DNA of 64,000 bases from Nitrospirota bacterium (lineage in GTDB: Bacteria; Nitrospirota; UBA9217): NCBI GenBank assembly GCA_963741205.1, contig CAVUHW010000026.1, positions 192,001 to 256,000 on the forward strand, written 5' to 3'. The position numbers and the translations under genes are program-made. The notes under the pieces are model-generated. The model did not search any database, was not told the DNA's origin, and was given only the letters and a program-made list of their open reading frames with translations. Shown piece after piece: positions 24,114 to 36,740 of this stretch (the stretch's first letter is position 1; the number at the start of each line of letters is the position of its first letter).

Positions 24114-25601
24114 TCATGGCGCTTGAAAACCTTGCGGAAATGGAACCCGTAGATCGAGAAGCGTGATGGCCATCGGCAGGAGACGCGGCCTGAACAGGAG
24201 CGACCAGAAGAAGAGCTTCCAGTACTGGTACCGCTCCCTGCCGATGATGCCGAGGCGCACCACGGATTTGACCGCGGCCTTCGTATGAGACTCCAACTGC
24301 AGGCGGGCTTTTCTCGCCTTCAGCGGGCCGGTACTCCCTGCAGGAACTCCCGCACCCGCGCGTAATAGTGTTTCGGGGAATAGATGGTGTTGAGGATCTT
24401 GCGGTAGCCGTTCATCAGCGTCTCGGGGTTCATCTTCGGTACGAAGTTGATCGAGAAGTCGGTGTTGTCGCCGGTGACGGACTTCACGAGCCTGCCTTCG
24501 CTCTTCAGCCGGTGATACAGCTTCGTACCCTGCGGCGCGTTCAGGAGCCCTACCATGGCGGTCGCGATCCCGCTCTCCTGGATGAAAGCGATGAGCCGTT
24601 CGAAGATCGATGCCGGGTCCTTGTCGAAGCCCACGATGAAGCCCGCCTGGACCTCGAGGCCGGCGCGCTGGATCTTCTTCACGCTCGCGATCAGGTCCCG
24701 GTTCCTGTTCTGGACCTTGCTGCACTCGGCGAGGCTCTCCTCGTTCGGCGTTTCGATGCCCACAAAGACCGTGTCGAACCCGGCGCGCGCCATGAGCCGC
24801 ATCAATTCCTCGTCGTCCGCCAGGTTGATGGACACCTCGGTCGAGAGGGTGAAGGGATGGTTCCGCTCTTCCATCCAGGCGATGATGGCCGGAAGCACGT
24901 CGTTCTTGAGCTTTCCCTTGTTCCCGATGAAGTTGTCATCGACGATGAACACGCCGCTCCTCCACCCCCGGCGGTAGAGGCTGTCGAATTCGGCAAGGAG
25001 CTGTTCGCGCGCTTTTCGTCCGGGGGACCCTGCCGAACAGCACGGTGATGTTGCAGAACTCGCAGTCAAAGGGGCAGCCCCGTGAATACTGGATGTTCAT
25101 GGAGGCGTACTTCTTCATGTTCAGCAGATCGAACCGCGGGACCGGGGTGGCGGAGAGGTCCGCCCAGTCGGGGAGAGGTGTAGACCCGCTGCGGCGCTGC
25201 CCTTTTTCAGGTCTTCGAGAAAGAGCGGCAGCGTGACCTCCGCTTCGTTCAGAATGAGATGGTCCACGTCGTCGAACTCCTCCGGCGTCGCCGTGAACAG
25301 GGGGCCGCCGGCGATCACTTTTACGCCGAGCGCCTTGCACCGGGAGATCACGGCCTGTGCCGACTCCTTCTGGATGGACATGGCGCTCAGAGAAAACGTA
25401 ATCGGCCCACCGGAGATCGGCGTCCGTCAGCTTCTTCACGCTCATGTCCGTGAGACGCAGTTCCCATTCCGGGGGAAGCATGGCCGCGACTGTCAGAAGC
25501 CCGAGCGGCGGAAGGCTTGATTTCTTCGAGATGAACTTCAGCGCGTACTTGAAGCTCCAAAAGGTATCGGGGTACTTGGGATAAACGAGCAGGATTTTCA
25601 T
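24114..25601 (-). CDS. B12-binding radical SAM protein with DUF4070-like C-terminus (frameshifted; end approximate)
   Basis: PPLGLLTVAAML, SRGCPFDCEFC, VDDNFIGN, GIETP and FIVGFD. Confidence 0.88.
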
Positions 25602-25760
25602 AAAGGCTCCTCGGAAGAAAAAAGCGGGTTGTCCGGAATGCGCGATGAGAAATCACCTCTAGTATAGCAAAAAAGGTCCGGCCTTTTCCCGCACCATACG
25701 GGCACAGCCCGGGATGACGTCGCAGATCCGAAACGACGAACACCCTGCCGCGTTACTACG

Positions 25761-27198
25761 CTATTCCAGGTACAGCTTTACGTTGATACCTACAGCATGC
25801 GGATTGATGGTGCCGGCGACCGTGCGCTTATAGTTTCCGCCGACGGTCTCGAGCAGGCTGATCTCCTCTCCGGATTCTTTTTCCGAGCCGTCGAATTTGT
25901 CGAGCAGCAGGACCCGGGGACGCATCAGGTCGCGCGTCTGATGCATGACCAGCCCGACCTCGCCCGTGTCGAATTTAAGGAGGGTGCCGATGGGGAAGAT
26001 GCCGATCATGTTGACGAAGGCCTTGACAAGCACGGGGTTGAAGGTCGCGCCGCGCTTCGCGAGGAGGATGCGGACGGCGTTGTCCGGCGGCATCTGCACG
26101 CTGTAATACACGCGGGCGGCCGTGAGCGCTTCATAGGCGTCCGCGAGGGCCACGATCTGCGAAAAGGGGTGCTGCCGGAGCTCGCCGTCGACCTTGCGGA
26201 TAACCGCGGACGTCTCCGTGCTGATGGTGTTCGAAGGCCGCCACCATGGCCAGCTTGGAAACGCCCGGGATGTCGGAGAGCAGCAGCGCCCCCTCGATGG
26301 GATGCCGCTTGACCAGTTCCCACTCCTCGTCTGTGAGCTTGCCCGGCTTATTGATGACCTCATGGGGGACGCTCACCTTGCCGATGTCATGCATGAGCCC
26401 GGCGACGCCGAGCGCTGCGATCTGGCGCTTCTCGAAGGACAGGTAAGTGCCGAGGGAAACGGCCAGGATCGCCGTGTTCACCGAGTGGGCAAAGGTGTAT
26501 TCGTCATACATCTTGATGCTGGTCAACCCCATGAGGGCGTCGCGGTTGTCCAGAATGTTGTCGACCATGGTCTGAACGATCGTGTTCATTTTGCGCATGC
26601 TGGCTGTCTTGTCGAGATGCACGGCCTCGACCATCTCCTTCACCGCCTCGATGGCGTCCTGGAAAACCTCGGAGGCCTTTTTCTTCCCCTCCTTGATGGC
26701 GCCCCCGACCTTTTTGTCGACGAGAAGCACCCGGTGAAGTTCGATATGCGAGATGCCCTCATGGGCGATCGCATCGATGAAGCCTCCTTGTCCGGCAGAA
26801 GAACGACGGGTCGTTGTTCATCAGGCGGGCAAAGCTGGATGAGTTCCGGCGACGTCAGGCCGGGCTTGAAGACGATCCCGCCGACGCCCTTGTCCGTAAA
26901 CTGCTCCATGAGCAGCGCAAGGCTCTGGTCGATCGGCACGGACAGGGTCTCGAAAAACAGCTCGCCGCGCACCAGATAGAAAGCCACTTCTTTCCGGTCC
27001 AGCAGCAACTCTTCGATATTGTTCCGGAGCTTGTCCGCGGACGTCAGGAGGAAGGGGTGGGCTTCGGGATAGAGGGTCGCGTTCTTCATGATGGCCGACA
27101 GCTGCTGGAAGGCCGTCCTGGCCGAGTTGATCAGCTGCTGTTTCGCGAAAAAGGACTGTCTCGCCTCTCCCCGGCTATCGCTTTGCTTCGTCCGCCAT
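25761..27198 (-). CDS. HD-GYP domain cyclic-dinucleotide phosphodiesterase (frameshifted)
   Basis: YTFAHSVN, HDIGK, EHH..GYP and ADAYEALT; N-terminal LYP.HP segment. Confidence 0.8.
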
Positions 27199-29272
27199 CG
27201 CCCGTTCTCCTCTTGATTTCTTCCCGCGCCCGCTCCGCGGCGTCGTTGAGTTCAACTGAAGCTTCCGCGGCTTCCACCACCGGATGCGGGCATATCGTTT
27301 CAGAAATTCCGCCGCGTCCCGGCCGCCGATCTTCCCCAGCACCCTGATCGCCTCGAGCGTGAGGTCCTGTTCCTTCTTTTTGAGCGGCCGGCCTTCGAGG
27401 AACGCGAGCAGGGGCGTGGACTCCTCCGCGCCGATGCCGGGGAGTTCGGCAAAAGCGCGAATGGCCGTCGCCAGGATATCGGCGTCCTTGTCCCGCAGGA
27501 ACTTCGCCAGGACCCCGGCGGCCTTTTTCCCGCCGATGGAGAGCAGCCCCTTGATGACTTCCTGGCGGATGCGGACATTCTCGTGGTCCGCCGCCTTTCG
27601 GAGAAACGCAATGGCCTGGTCCGTCTTGCTCTCGCCGAGGATGTTGACGATATTGCGCACGAAATACCAGCGTTCGTCCGAAAGATGCTCGCCGAGCAGG
27701 GCGATCTGGTTCTTGCCGAGGTCCTTCACGAGATCGAGGTAAGAACAACCGCGCCGCCCGGTCCTGTTCCTCGGCCAGGAGCTCCAGCAGGACTTCCGTC
27801 GCCTCCCGCTCGACAGCGGACACGATAGGCATAGCCGCTCGGTATTCGGGAGAGTCCTTGGCGGTACTTCCGCAGGTCGGCGATCGCGGAGACGATGCTG
27901 GCCCGGGAAGCCGTCTTTTTCAGGGCTTCCCTCATCCTCGGTTTGAATGTCGGGTCCACGGGCAGATGAAACGCCTTGATGATCTCCGTGGCGAGGTCAT
28001 AATCTTTTTTCTGCAGGAGATAGCTCAGGATGTCTTCCAGCTGGCGAACGACGCCGGAAAAGAGGGCTATCTCCTTCTCCGCCTGCCCGGGACGGTGCGG
28101 ATTCTTTACCCGGGGCAGGAGGTAGATGAGGGTGCGCACGGACGCCTCGATGATGTCCGACTCCATTCCCGCCTCGCCCAGGGCCTTGAGCTCCGCCATT
28201 TCTTCCGGCGTGTATTCCGCCAGCTCGTTTGCCATCGCGGTCAGGTCCGGCGGGACCGGCATCGCTTCGCAGCTCGGCGGCGGACGAGGGCGGGGCCGGC
28301 GGCGCGCTTTTCTTCGCTGACGATTTTTTCAGGAGCGTCGCCACCTGCTGCACGGTCCAGGTCTCGGAAAAACGCCCGGTCTGGATTTCATGGATCGCCG
28401 AGGGCAGGTGCTGATCGAACTCCGTTTCCTGCCCTTCCGCGATTTCCGCATCCAGGTCCCCGTACAGCTTGCCGCCGATGAGCCCTTCGCGATAGGGCGG
28501 TGAAAGGGACAGGACCGACTTGGCCAGCCCATCGAACAGCTCATCGCTCTGCTCCGGCTGCTCATTCTGGATCTTGTTCCCCGCCTCCCGATACAGGGTA
28601 AAGAGGCGGTCTTCCACGCTTTCGTGGGCCGCCTTCGTCTGTTTCGCAAGCTCGACCATGCTGGCGCCGAACCGGGCCGGATCGGTCATGATGTCGCCCA
28701 GGACGAGCGTGCGGCCTGGAAAACCCAGCGGTTCCCTGACTGTCGTCTGGTCCAGGTCTCCGGAAGGGCTGCCGGCCGGCGTCTTGTCCTCCCATCCCCC
28801 CTCTGTCTTGGTCGTTATGACCTCGTCGAGCCCCGATTCGGTCACTTTGATGTGGGACGCGCCTTTTTCCCAGAGGATCGACGCGATGCCGTTTTTCATC
28901 GCCATTTCTTCCGCAGACAGGGCGAGGGCGTGATAAAGCTCCAGCAGTTCCGCCTCGGTCACCCCGGCGCTGAATACGATCTCCCGTACCCCCTTCGCGA
29001 ACAGGTCCTGGGCTATGGTCTTGTTCAATTGCCCGTCTTTTCCGACAGGGGTCCGCCGGTAGGTGAAATAGGTCTTCTGGACGCCAACGGCGTATTCCGG
29101 AGACTCCGTCAGAAAGTGGTCGAGCGACTTGATGGGATTTTTTTACCGACTGGGAGTAGACAGGGTTGTTGGGCGGATAGAGCTTCACGGCCCTGATCGC
29201 CGAGACCAGGGTCCGCATGATGTCCTGAATTTCAACGGAAAGTGATTCAGATTGTTTGTTTTCTTCCGGCAT
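27175..29272 (-). CDS. HEAT-repeat protein (frameshifted)
   Basis: N-terminal KLYPPNNP; C-terminal HEAT repeats (LSDERWYFVRNIV, RIRQEVIKGL). Confidence 0.75.
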
Positions 29273-29274
29273 AG

Positions 29275-30504
29275 TCAGAAGGTATCATAAGCTTGCGGCC
29301 GGCTGTCAAAAGCTCCGGCCTTTTCCACTCTCGACAGGACCTCGCCCTCATGCAGCCTGGTGCTGATCAGATCGCCGGGCCGGACATCGGCCGCATCCTT
29401 CAGGATCGCGCCGGCGGGAAGCTTTCTCGTAATGCTGTATCCTCGCGACAGGATGCCCAGCGGATTCAAATGGTCCAGTCCCGCGGTCAAAGCGGTGAGG
29501 CTCGCCCGGTCCCTCCGCAGGCGGTGCCGGAGTTCAAGCGCCATGCGATGGAGCAGTTCATCCACGCGCTGGCTGTACTGCTCCAGCCTTCTGCGCGGAT
29601 CGCCGAGGAGACGCACGCTTTCCCGGACCCTGGCGCGCACGAGTTCGAGCGTTTGCTTCATGCTCCTGACCAGGCGGGCCTCAAGGGACCTGATGCCCTC
29701 CCGGATACGTGTCCTCGCTTTCCACCACCATCTCGGCCGCCGCGGACGGCGTCGGCGCGCGCAGATCGGCGGCGAAATCGGCGATGGTATAGTCCGTCTC
29801 GTGCCCGACGGCGGAGATGACCGGTATCGCGGACGCATGAATCGCCCGCGCAACCGCCTCCTCATTAAAGGCCCAGAGGTCTTCGAGGGAGCCGCCGCCG
29901 CGGCCCGCGATCACGACATCGACGCTGCGCTCGCGGTTGAAATACCGGAGCGCCTCAACGATCGCCGGCGCCGCTTCGGCGCCCTGCACCGGGACGGGAT
30001 AGATGAGAATATGCATCTTCGGATGGCGCCGCTTGATCACGCGCAGCATATCGCGGATGGCGGCGCCGGTCGGCGAGGTGATGATGCCGATGCGCCTGGG
30101 GAGGACCGGCAGCGGCTTCTTGTGCTCGAGAGTCGAACAGGCCTTCTTTCTCGAGCCGCGCCTTGAGCTGTTCGAACGCGAGTTGGAGCGCGCCGACCCC
30201 TTTGGGTTCGACATAATCGACGACGAGCTGGTATTCGCCGCGCGGTTCGTAAACGCCCACCCTGCCCGCGGCAGATGACCTGGATGCCGTGCTGGAGCGT
30301 GAATTTGAGGAACCGCTGGGATGAGCGGAACAGGACGGCCCGGACCTGGCTTTGCTCGTCCTTCAAGGTGAAATACGCGTGACCGGACTGCGGAATGCTG
30401 AGGTTCGAGATCTCGCCCTCCACCCAGACGTCGGGGAAGGTCCCTTCGAGGAGGTTCTTGATCTGGCTGGTAAGCTGCGTGACGGTCAGGATGTGAGATT
30501 TCAT
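29275..30504 (-). CDS. xseA: exodeoxyribonuclease VII large subunit (frameshifted)
   Basis: [39 protein letters not shown] and TPSAAAE. Confidence 0.95.
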
Positions 30505-30511
30505 AATTGCC

Positions 30512-30625
30512 AAGCACGAAATCCGGAATTGCGAAATTCCTAAACAAGCATCGAAATTCAAGTTAGCGAACGCTGAAATGGCGATTCGATATGCTCGCAA
30601 TTCTGAGCTTCGAATTTAGGATTTA
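30512..30625. repeat. AT-rich heptamer-based intergenic inverted repeat (AAGCAC.AAAT..TAAACAA..TTCGAATTT)
   Basis: Related element at about 36617..36737. Confidence 0.55.
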
Positions 30626-31393
30626 CATGAATTCTCTCGATCTTGTTCGCCTTTCCCGTCGATGCGTCGATATCAATGACCACGGCGCAGAGGTGCACCG
30701 GGCCCTTGGGTATCTCGAACCGGTGCGGCGTCTGGTAGAGGAACCGCCCGATTGCCTGCTCCTTCTTGACGCCGATGACCGAGTCCGTCGGCCCCGTCAT
30801 GCCCACGTCCGTAATGAACGCGGTGCCTGCCGTGAGGATGCGCTCGTCGGCGGTCTGGACATGGGTATGGGTCCCGATCACGGCGCTCGCCTTGCCGTCC
30901 ACGTGCCAGGCGAGGGCGATCTTCTCCGACGTGGCTTCCGCGTGGAAATCGATGATCACGACGCGCGTTTCCTTCTTCAGCTTTTCAATCTCGCGTATCG
31001 GCGACGCGGAAGGGGTCTTCCAGGTTCGACATGAAGACCCGGCCTTCGAGGTTCAGCACCGCGGCCTTGCCGCTCCCCGGTGGAGATGACCACGCTCCCG
31101 TACCCGGGATTGCCGTCAGGATAATTTGCCGGCCTGATGAGCCTGTCCTGCTTGGTGAGGTAGGGCTCTATCTCCTTCTTGTCCCAGACATGGTTTCCCG
31201 ACGTCAGGACGTGGATGCCCAGTGACAAGAGTTCCTCGGCGATCTCGGAGGTGATGCCGAACCCCCCGGCGGCGTTCTCTCCGTTGGCGATCACGAGATC
31301 GGGACGGTGCGTCTCCATGAGGCCGCGCATGTTCGCCCGGACCATCTTCCGGCCCGGCTCGCCGATGATGTCGCCGATGAAGAGAACCTTCAA
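30558..31393 (-). CDS. ymdB: YmdB/TIGR00282 metallophosphoesterase (frameshifted; end approximate)
   Basis: [29 protein letters not shown] and [10 protein letters not shown]. Confidence 0.92.
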
Positions 31394-31512
31394 GACAACT
31401 CCTCCAACATCGCATGAGCTCATAGATGCAGATGCCGTGATTGCGGAAGCAAATCGGCTCGATATCGACTGCACTGTCATGCACGGCATCATGCATGCCT
31501 GCATCGCTATCA

Positions 31513-33070
31513 TTACTTCGCGTACTCCACGTACCTGCTCTCGCGGACCACCGTCACCTTGATCTGGCCGGGATAGGACAGCTCCGCCTCGATCTTCTTG
31601 GCGATATCGCGTGAAAGCTGGGCCGAGTGGGCGTCCGACAGGTCCTCGGGCTTCACGATGATCCTGATCTCGCGGCCGGCCTGGATGGCGTAGGACTTCT
31701 CAACGCCCTTGAAGGAATTGGCGGCGCTCTCGAGCTGCTCAAGCCGCTTGAGGTAGCTCTCGAGCGTTTCGCGCCTCACGCCCGGCCTTCCGGCCGAAAG
31801 CGCGTCCGCGGCCGCGACGAGCACGGACTCGACGCAGTTCGGTTCGCCGTCGCCGTGGTGGGTCATGATGGCGTTGATCACCTTGGCCGACTCGCCGTAC
31901 TTCTTGGCCAGGTCGCCGCCGATCTGGGGATGGGTCCCTTCCACCTCGTGGTCGATGGACTTGCCCAGGTCATGGAGCAGGCCCGCGCGCCGCGCGAGCT
32001 TCTGGTCCACGCCGCATTCGGCCGCCATGATCCCCGCGAAGTAGGCCACCTCGCGCGCATGCATGAGCACGTTCTGTCCGTAGCTCGTCCGGTACTTGAG
32101 CCTGCCGATGAGCTTGATGATCTCGGGATGCAGATTGTGGATGCCGAGGTCGAAGGCCGCCTTCTCGCCCTCTTCCTTCATGGAGACATCGAGGTCTTTC
32201 TTCACCTTTTCGGCGATCTCCTCGATCCGGGCGGGATGGATGCGTCCGTCGTGCATCAGCCGTTCGATCGTGAGCCTCGCGATCTCCCGCCGGAGCGGGT
32301 CATAGCACGACAGGATGACCGCCTCGGGCGTATCGTCGATGATCAGGTCGATGCCCGTGGCCGCTTCGATGGCCCGGATGTTCCTGCCCTCGCGCCCGAT
32401 GATCCTGCCCTTCATCTCATCGTTGGGGAGATTGACGACCGATACCGTGGCCTCGGCCACATAGTCGCTCGCGTAACGCTGGATGGCCAGGCTGATGATG
32501 TTCTTGGACTTCTTGTCGGCCTCGTCCTTCGCCTCGTCCTCGATCCGCTTGATGGTCTTGGCCGCCTCGAACTTCGCCTCGTCCTCCATGGCGACCATGA
32601 GCTGGCGCTTGGCCTCTTCCGCCGTCATGTTCGCGATCTTCTCGAGCAGTCTCGCGCTGCTCGCGCAGGCCCCTGTCAAAGCGTTCTTCCTTTTCGACCG
32701 CGACCTTTTCGCGCGCGGAGAGCTCGCGTTCGCGGCGGATCGCATCGGACTCCCGCTTTTCAACCAGGTCGATCTTCTTTTCGAGGTTTTCTTCTTTCTG
32801 GGTGAGCCGCCGTTCCTGGTTCTGGATCTCCTGCCGTTTCTCGCGGTTTTCCTTCTCGAACTCCGCGCGGGCCTGGTAGAGCTTGTCCTTGGCCTCGAGG
32901 ACGGCCTCTTTGCGTTTGGTCTCGGCCTCGCGCTCGGCGTTCGCAATGATCCTCGCCGCCTCGCCTTCGGCGTCCCGGATCTTGCCCGCTGCGGCCTTTC
33001 CTTTGACCAGCAGGCCCAGGCCGAATCCTCCGGCCAGTCCCGCCACCACTAGTACAATATACTCGATCAT
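31513..33070 (-). CDS. rny: ribonuclease Y (frameshift near 32650)
   Basis: N-terminal TM, coiled coil, KH domain ([13 protein letters not shown]) and HD domain (LLHDLGK). Confidence 0.96.
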
Positions 33071-34382
33071 TTTTGTTCCTCCTGATGTCTCTTCTTGAGC
33101 CCGGCAAGACGCTCCTTGATTCTCTTTTCTTCGCCCTGCTCCGTGGGCCGGTAATAATCCCGCTGCTGCGGGAGGTAATCCTGGGCCGCATAATGGCCCG
33201 GATAATCGTGCGGATACTTGTAGCCTTTTCCCCTGCCGAGCCTCGCGGCCCCCTGGTAATGGGAGTCCTTGAGATGGTCCGGTACGGGAAGCAGCGTCCC
33301 TTCCTCGATGTCCTTCATCGCCGCCTTGATGCCGAGGTAGGATGCGTTGCTCTTGGGGGCCGCGGCGACATACACGGCGGCCTGCGCCAGGGGGATCGCC
33401 CCTTCGGGCATGCCGATGCGCTCCAAGGCCTGATAGGCCGCGGTCGCGACGAGGAGCGCCCGGGGGTCGGCGTTCCCCACGTCCTCGCTCGCGGCGATCA
33501 CGATCCTGCGCGCGATGAACAGCGGGTCTTCCCCGGCAGTGATCATCTTCGCCATCCAGTAGAGCGCGGCATCGGGATCGCTCCCGCGCATGCTCTTGAT
33601 GAAAGCCGATATGGTATCGTAGTGTTCGTCCTCATCGTAGACCAGGGCCTTTTTCTGGATGGATTCCTCCGCCGTGCGGAGGTCGTAGAGGATCGACGCC
33701 GTCTGCGCCGGGCGGCGTTGAAAGCACGCCGATCTCGAGCGCGTTCAGCGCCCGCCTCGCGTCTCCGTCGGACTTCGCGATGATGAAATCGAGCGCCTCC
33801 GGCGTCAGGTTCACGGCCAGGTTCCCCAGCCCCCGTTCCTTGTCCGCAAGCGCGCGGAGAACCAGGCTTCTCATATGTTCGGCCTCCGAGCGGTTTGAAT
33901 TCAAAAATCTGCGAGCGGGACGACAGCGCGGGAATGATCGAGAAGAAGGGATTTGACGTCGAGGCGCCGATGAGGATGATGTTCCCCCGCTCCACGTCGG
34001 GCAGGAGCGCGTCCTGCTGCACCCGGGTAAAGCGGTGGATCTCGTCGATGAAGAGGATGGTCTTCTTCCCGCCCTCGTTGCGCTCCGCGGCCGCCTCCTG
34101 CGTCACCCGCCGGATGTCGGCGACGCCTGCGGTCACGGCATTGAGCGACACGAAATGGGCGCGGCTTTTCTCCGCGATAAGGTGAGCAAGCGCGGTCTTC
34201 CCCACCCCCGGCGGTCCGTAGAGGATGAGCGACATGAGGCGGTCGGTCTCAATGGCCCTGCGCAGGAGTTTTCCCGGCCCAAGGATATGCTCCTGGCCGA
34301 CGAACTCGGAAAGGTCGCGGGGCCGCATGCGCCACGCAAGAGGCGGGTTTGCAGGCTCTGCAGGCAGGGACTCCGTCTGCAT
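33067..34382 (-). CDS. rarA: replication-associated recombination protein A (frameshifted)
   Basis: PLAWRMRP, GPPGVGKT, DEIHRF, RGSDPDAA, SEDVGNAD and YKYPHD. Confidence 0.95.
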
Positions 34383-34926
34383 GTTTCTTTTAAGGTTTTT
34401 TAGACCCAACGTAATTACTTCAGGAGGGAGGGCACGGCAGTGTGATAGCGGGCGAAAAAAAGTTCTGAATTCAACCAGCTCAGGAGAGAACAGTACCCGG
34501 GGAAGCGACTGGCGTCGGGGAACCTGCTGATTTTCCAGGAAATTGAGTAGTACGGGTGGATAATCTGCTGCCTCTGCCCGTTGTCTGCAAAATGCCACAT
34601 CCTGGTTGTTCCCCTTCGGTGCTTATATGTTGTATTCGTAAGTTTCCCCATGGTCTTATTATGTTGCCAAGCTGGTAAAACAATTTTCGCGCGGTCCGAA
34701 GGAGCGAAGCTTCGTGAGAAGCTCGGTTGTTTTAACTTCCCCTCGGTACCGCTGTTTCTTGAGACTATCACAAGCGCCGGAGCCTTCCCTACTTCCCGCT
34801 CCTTATGGACTTGCTAGCGCTGATTACTCATTTAAGGAGATATATCTGTCATCATGGATAACGAGGATACTTGAAGGATGATACTATGTATCGTACAGAT
34901 GACCCTCTCTGTCTATTATATAAAAA

Positions 34927-35103
34927 TCCCCCGCTTTTGCCGTGTAGATAGACTTGATTCCTGGACTTTGCCAGGTGGGCGCCATGATGGAAAGTTCAGG
35001 CTTCCCAGTCCTGTCTGGGCATGCACACCCTTTCCAGAAGATAGCTCCCTTTAATTTTTTTTCACGAGGAACAAGTTATATCCATCACGCGCAAAGCAGG
35101 GGA
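34927..35103 (-). ncRNA. ssrS: 6S RNA
   Basis: About 177-nt rod with complementary ends (UCCCCUGCUUUGC / GCAAAAGCGGGGGA), an A-rich central bubble followed by GGGAGC, and a GGCGCCCACC motif; canonical position downstream of zapA. Confidence 0.85.
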
Positions 35104-35263
35104 CGATTATTTTTTTCTGTATGTATATATACCAGAATCAGGGAAAAATGGCAAGGATAAAAAAATGTGGACAGGAGAGCAGGTAAAACACATGACTTTC
35201 AGCAAGTTACAAGTGCGATATGCCTCGAACATACCCCGGTGATTTCCTGGAGTAGAACATCGT

Positions 35264-35548
35264 TCATTCCGTTCCCGCACTTTTTCCGTCATGTCGAGCA
35301 TGCGTTTTACGGCATTTCTCAGCGGTCGTTTCCAGCTCGCCGTATCGCTCCCGCAGGCCATAGAGTTCATCGGCTATCGTAAGCGCCGTCAGGATGGCGA
35401 CGCGATGGGGATCGACCGTGCCCGTCCCCTTCTCTACTTCCTTCATTTTTTTATCAACATAGGAGGCAAGTTCGCGTATATGGGCGGGATCGTCCGCTCC
35501 CTTGAGGCTGTAGACCTGACCGTATATTTCGACCTGGACGGGTTCCAT
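35264..35548 (-). CDS. zapA: cell division protein ZapA (3' end approximate)
   Basis: VEIYGQVYSLK, LASYVDKKM and AILTALTIADE. Confidence 0.9.
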   Translation of the reverse strand: MEPVQVEIYGQVYSLKGADDPAHIRELASYVDKKMKEVEKGTGTVDPHRVAILTALTIADELYGLRERYGELETTAEKCRKTHARHDGKSAGTE

Positions 35549-35691
35549 AGCTATAACTACCAGAATACTGCAAATATCATTCGCGCAAGATCCTGAACGG
35601 GAATGCCATTATTATAAACGTCACAATGGATCTCCGCTAGCTCTCATTCGCGATGACTAAGCTATTTGGATCATGACGAATTTATGCCTTT

Positions 35692-36599
35692 CTACAACAG
35701 CGCATCGACGAATTCCTTCGGATCGAAACTCCGCAGGTCTTCGACCGCTTCTCCGATGCCGACAAACTTCACCGGGATGTCGAGCTCCTTGGTGATGGCG
35801 AACACGATTCCGCCCTTGGACGTCCCGTCGAGCTTCGTGAGCACGATGCCGGTGACGCCGACCGCCTCATTAAACATTTTCGCCTGGACGAGCGCGTTCT
35901 GGCCGGTGTTCCCGTCGAGGACCAGCAGCGTCTCGTGCGGCGCGCCCGGCAGTTCGCGCGCGATGAGTGCGCTTCACTTTCTTGAGCTCCTCCATGAGGT
36001 TCGACTTGGTATGCAGCCTGCCGGCCGTATCCACGATGAGCACGTCATAGGACCTTGCTTTTACGGCGCTTACGGCATCGAACACCACCGCGCCCGGGTC
36101 GGCCCCTTCCCGGTGTTTTATCACGGGAATCCCGACGCGTTCACCCCAGATGGAGAGCTGTTCGGCAGCTGCCGCGCGGAAGGTGTCTCCCGCGGCGAGC
36201 ATGACCTTTTTCCCTTCGGCCTGCAGCCGGTGCGCCAGCTTGCCGATCGTCGTGGTTTTGCCCGTGCCGTTCACGCCGACGACGAGCACGACGGCGGGGG
36301 CGGCGCTGAGCGAGAACGCCGAGGAACGCGCGGACAGGATCTCGACGAGGAGCTGCCTTCAGCCGCTCCTTTACCTGCGCGGGCGTTCCCAGCTCGTTAC
36401 GTTTGTACCGTTCTTTAAGGTCTTTGAGCACGAACGTCGCCGTGTCGACGCCCACGTCGGACGCTATGAGCGCCTCTTCAAGCTCATCGAGAAACATCTC
36501 GTCGATCTTCTCGCCGAGGACCAGGTTCCCGATCTTGTCCGCCAGGTTCTTTCTGGTCTTTGCAAGCCCGTCGCTGAGACTCTTGAGTACGCCGAACAT
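35692..36599 (-). CDS. ftsY: signal recognition particle receptor FtsY (frameshifted)
   Basis: [27 protein letters not shown] and GIGE. Confidence 0.96.
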
Positions 36600-36740
36600 A
36601 CGATACCTCGCAACATCAAAATCCTAATTAAGCACAAAATTCTAAACAAATCATAATTTCAAATTGGCCAAACCAACCCCGCGCAGCCTTGGGAATTTGA
36701 AAGTCTTGAAAGTTTAGAAATTCGTACTTTGTACTTGCCG

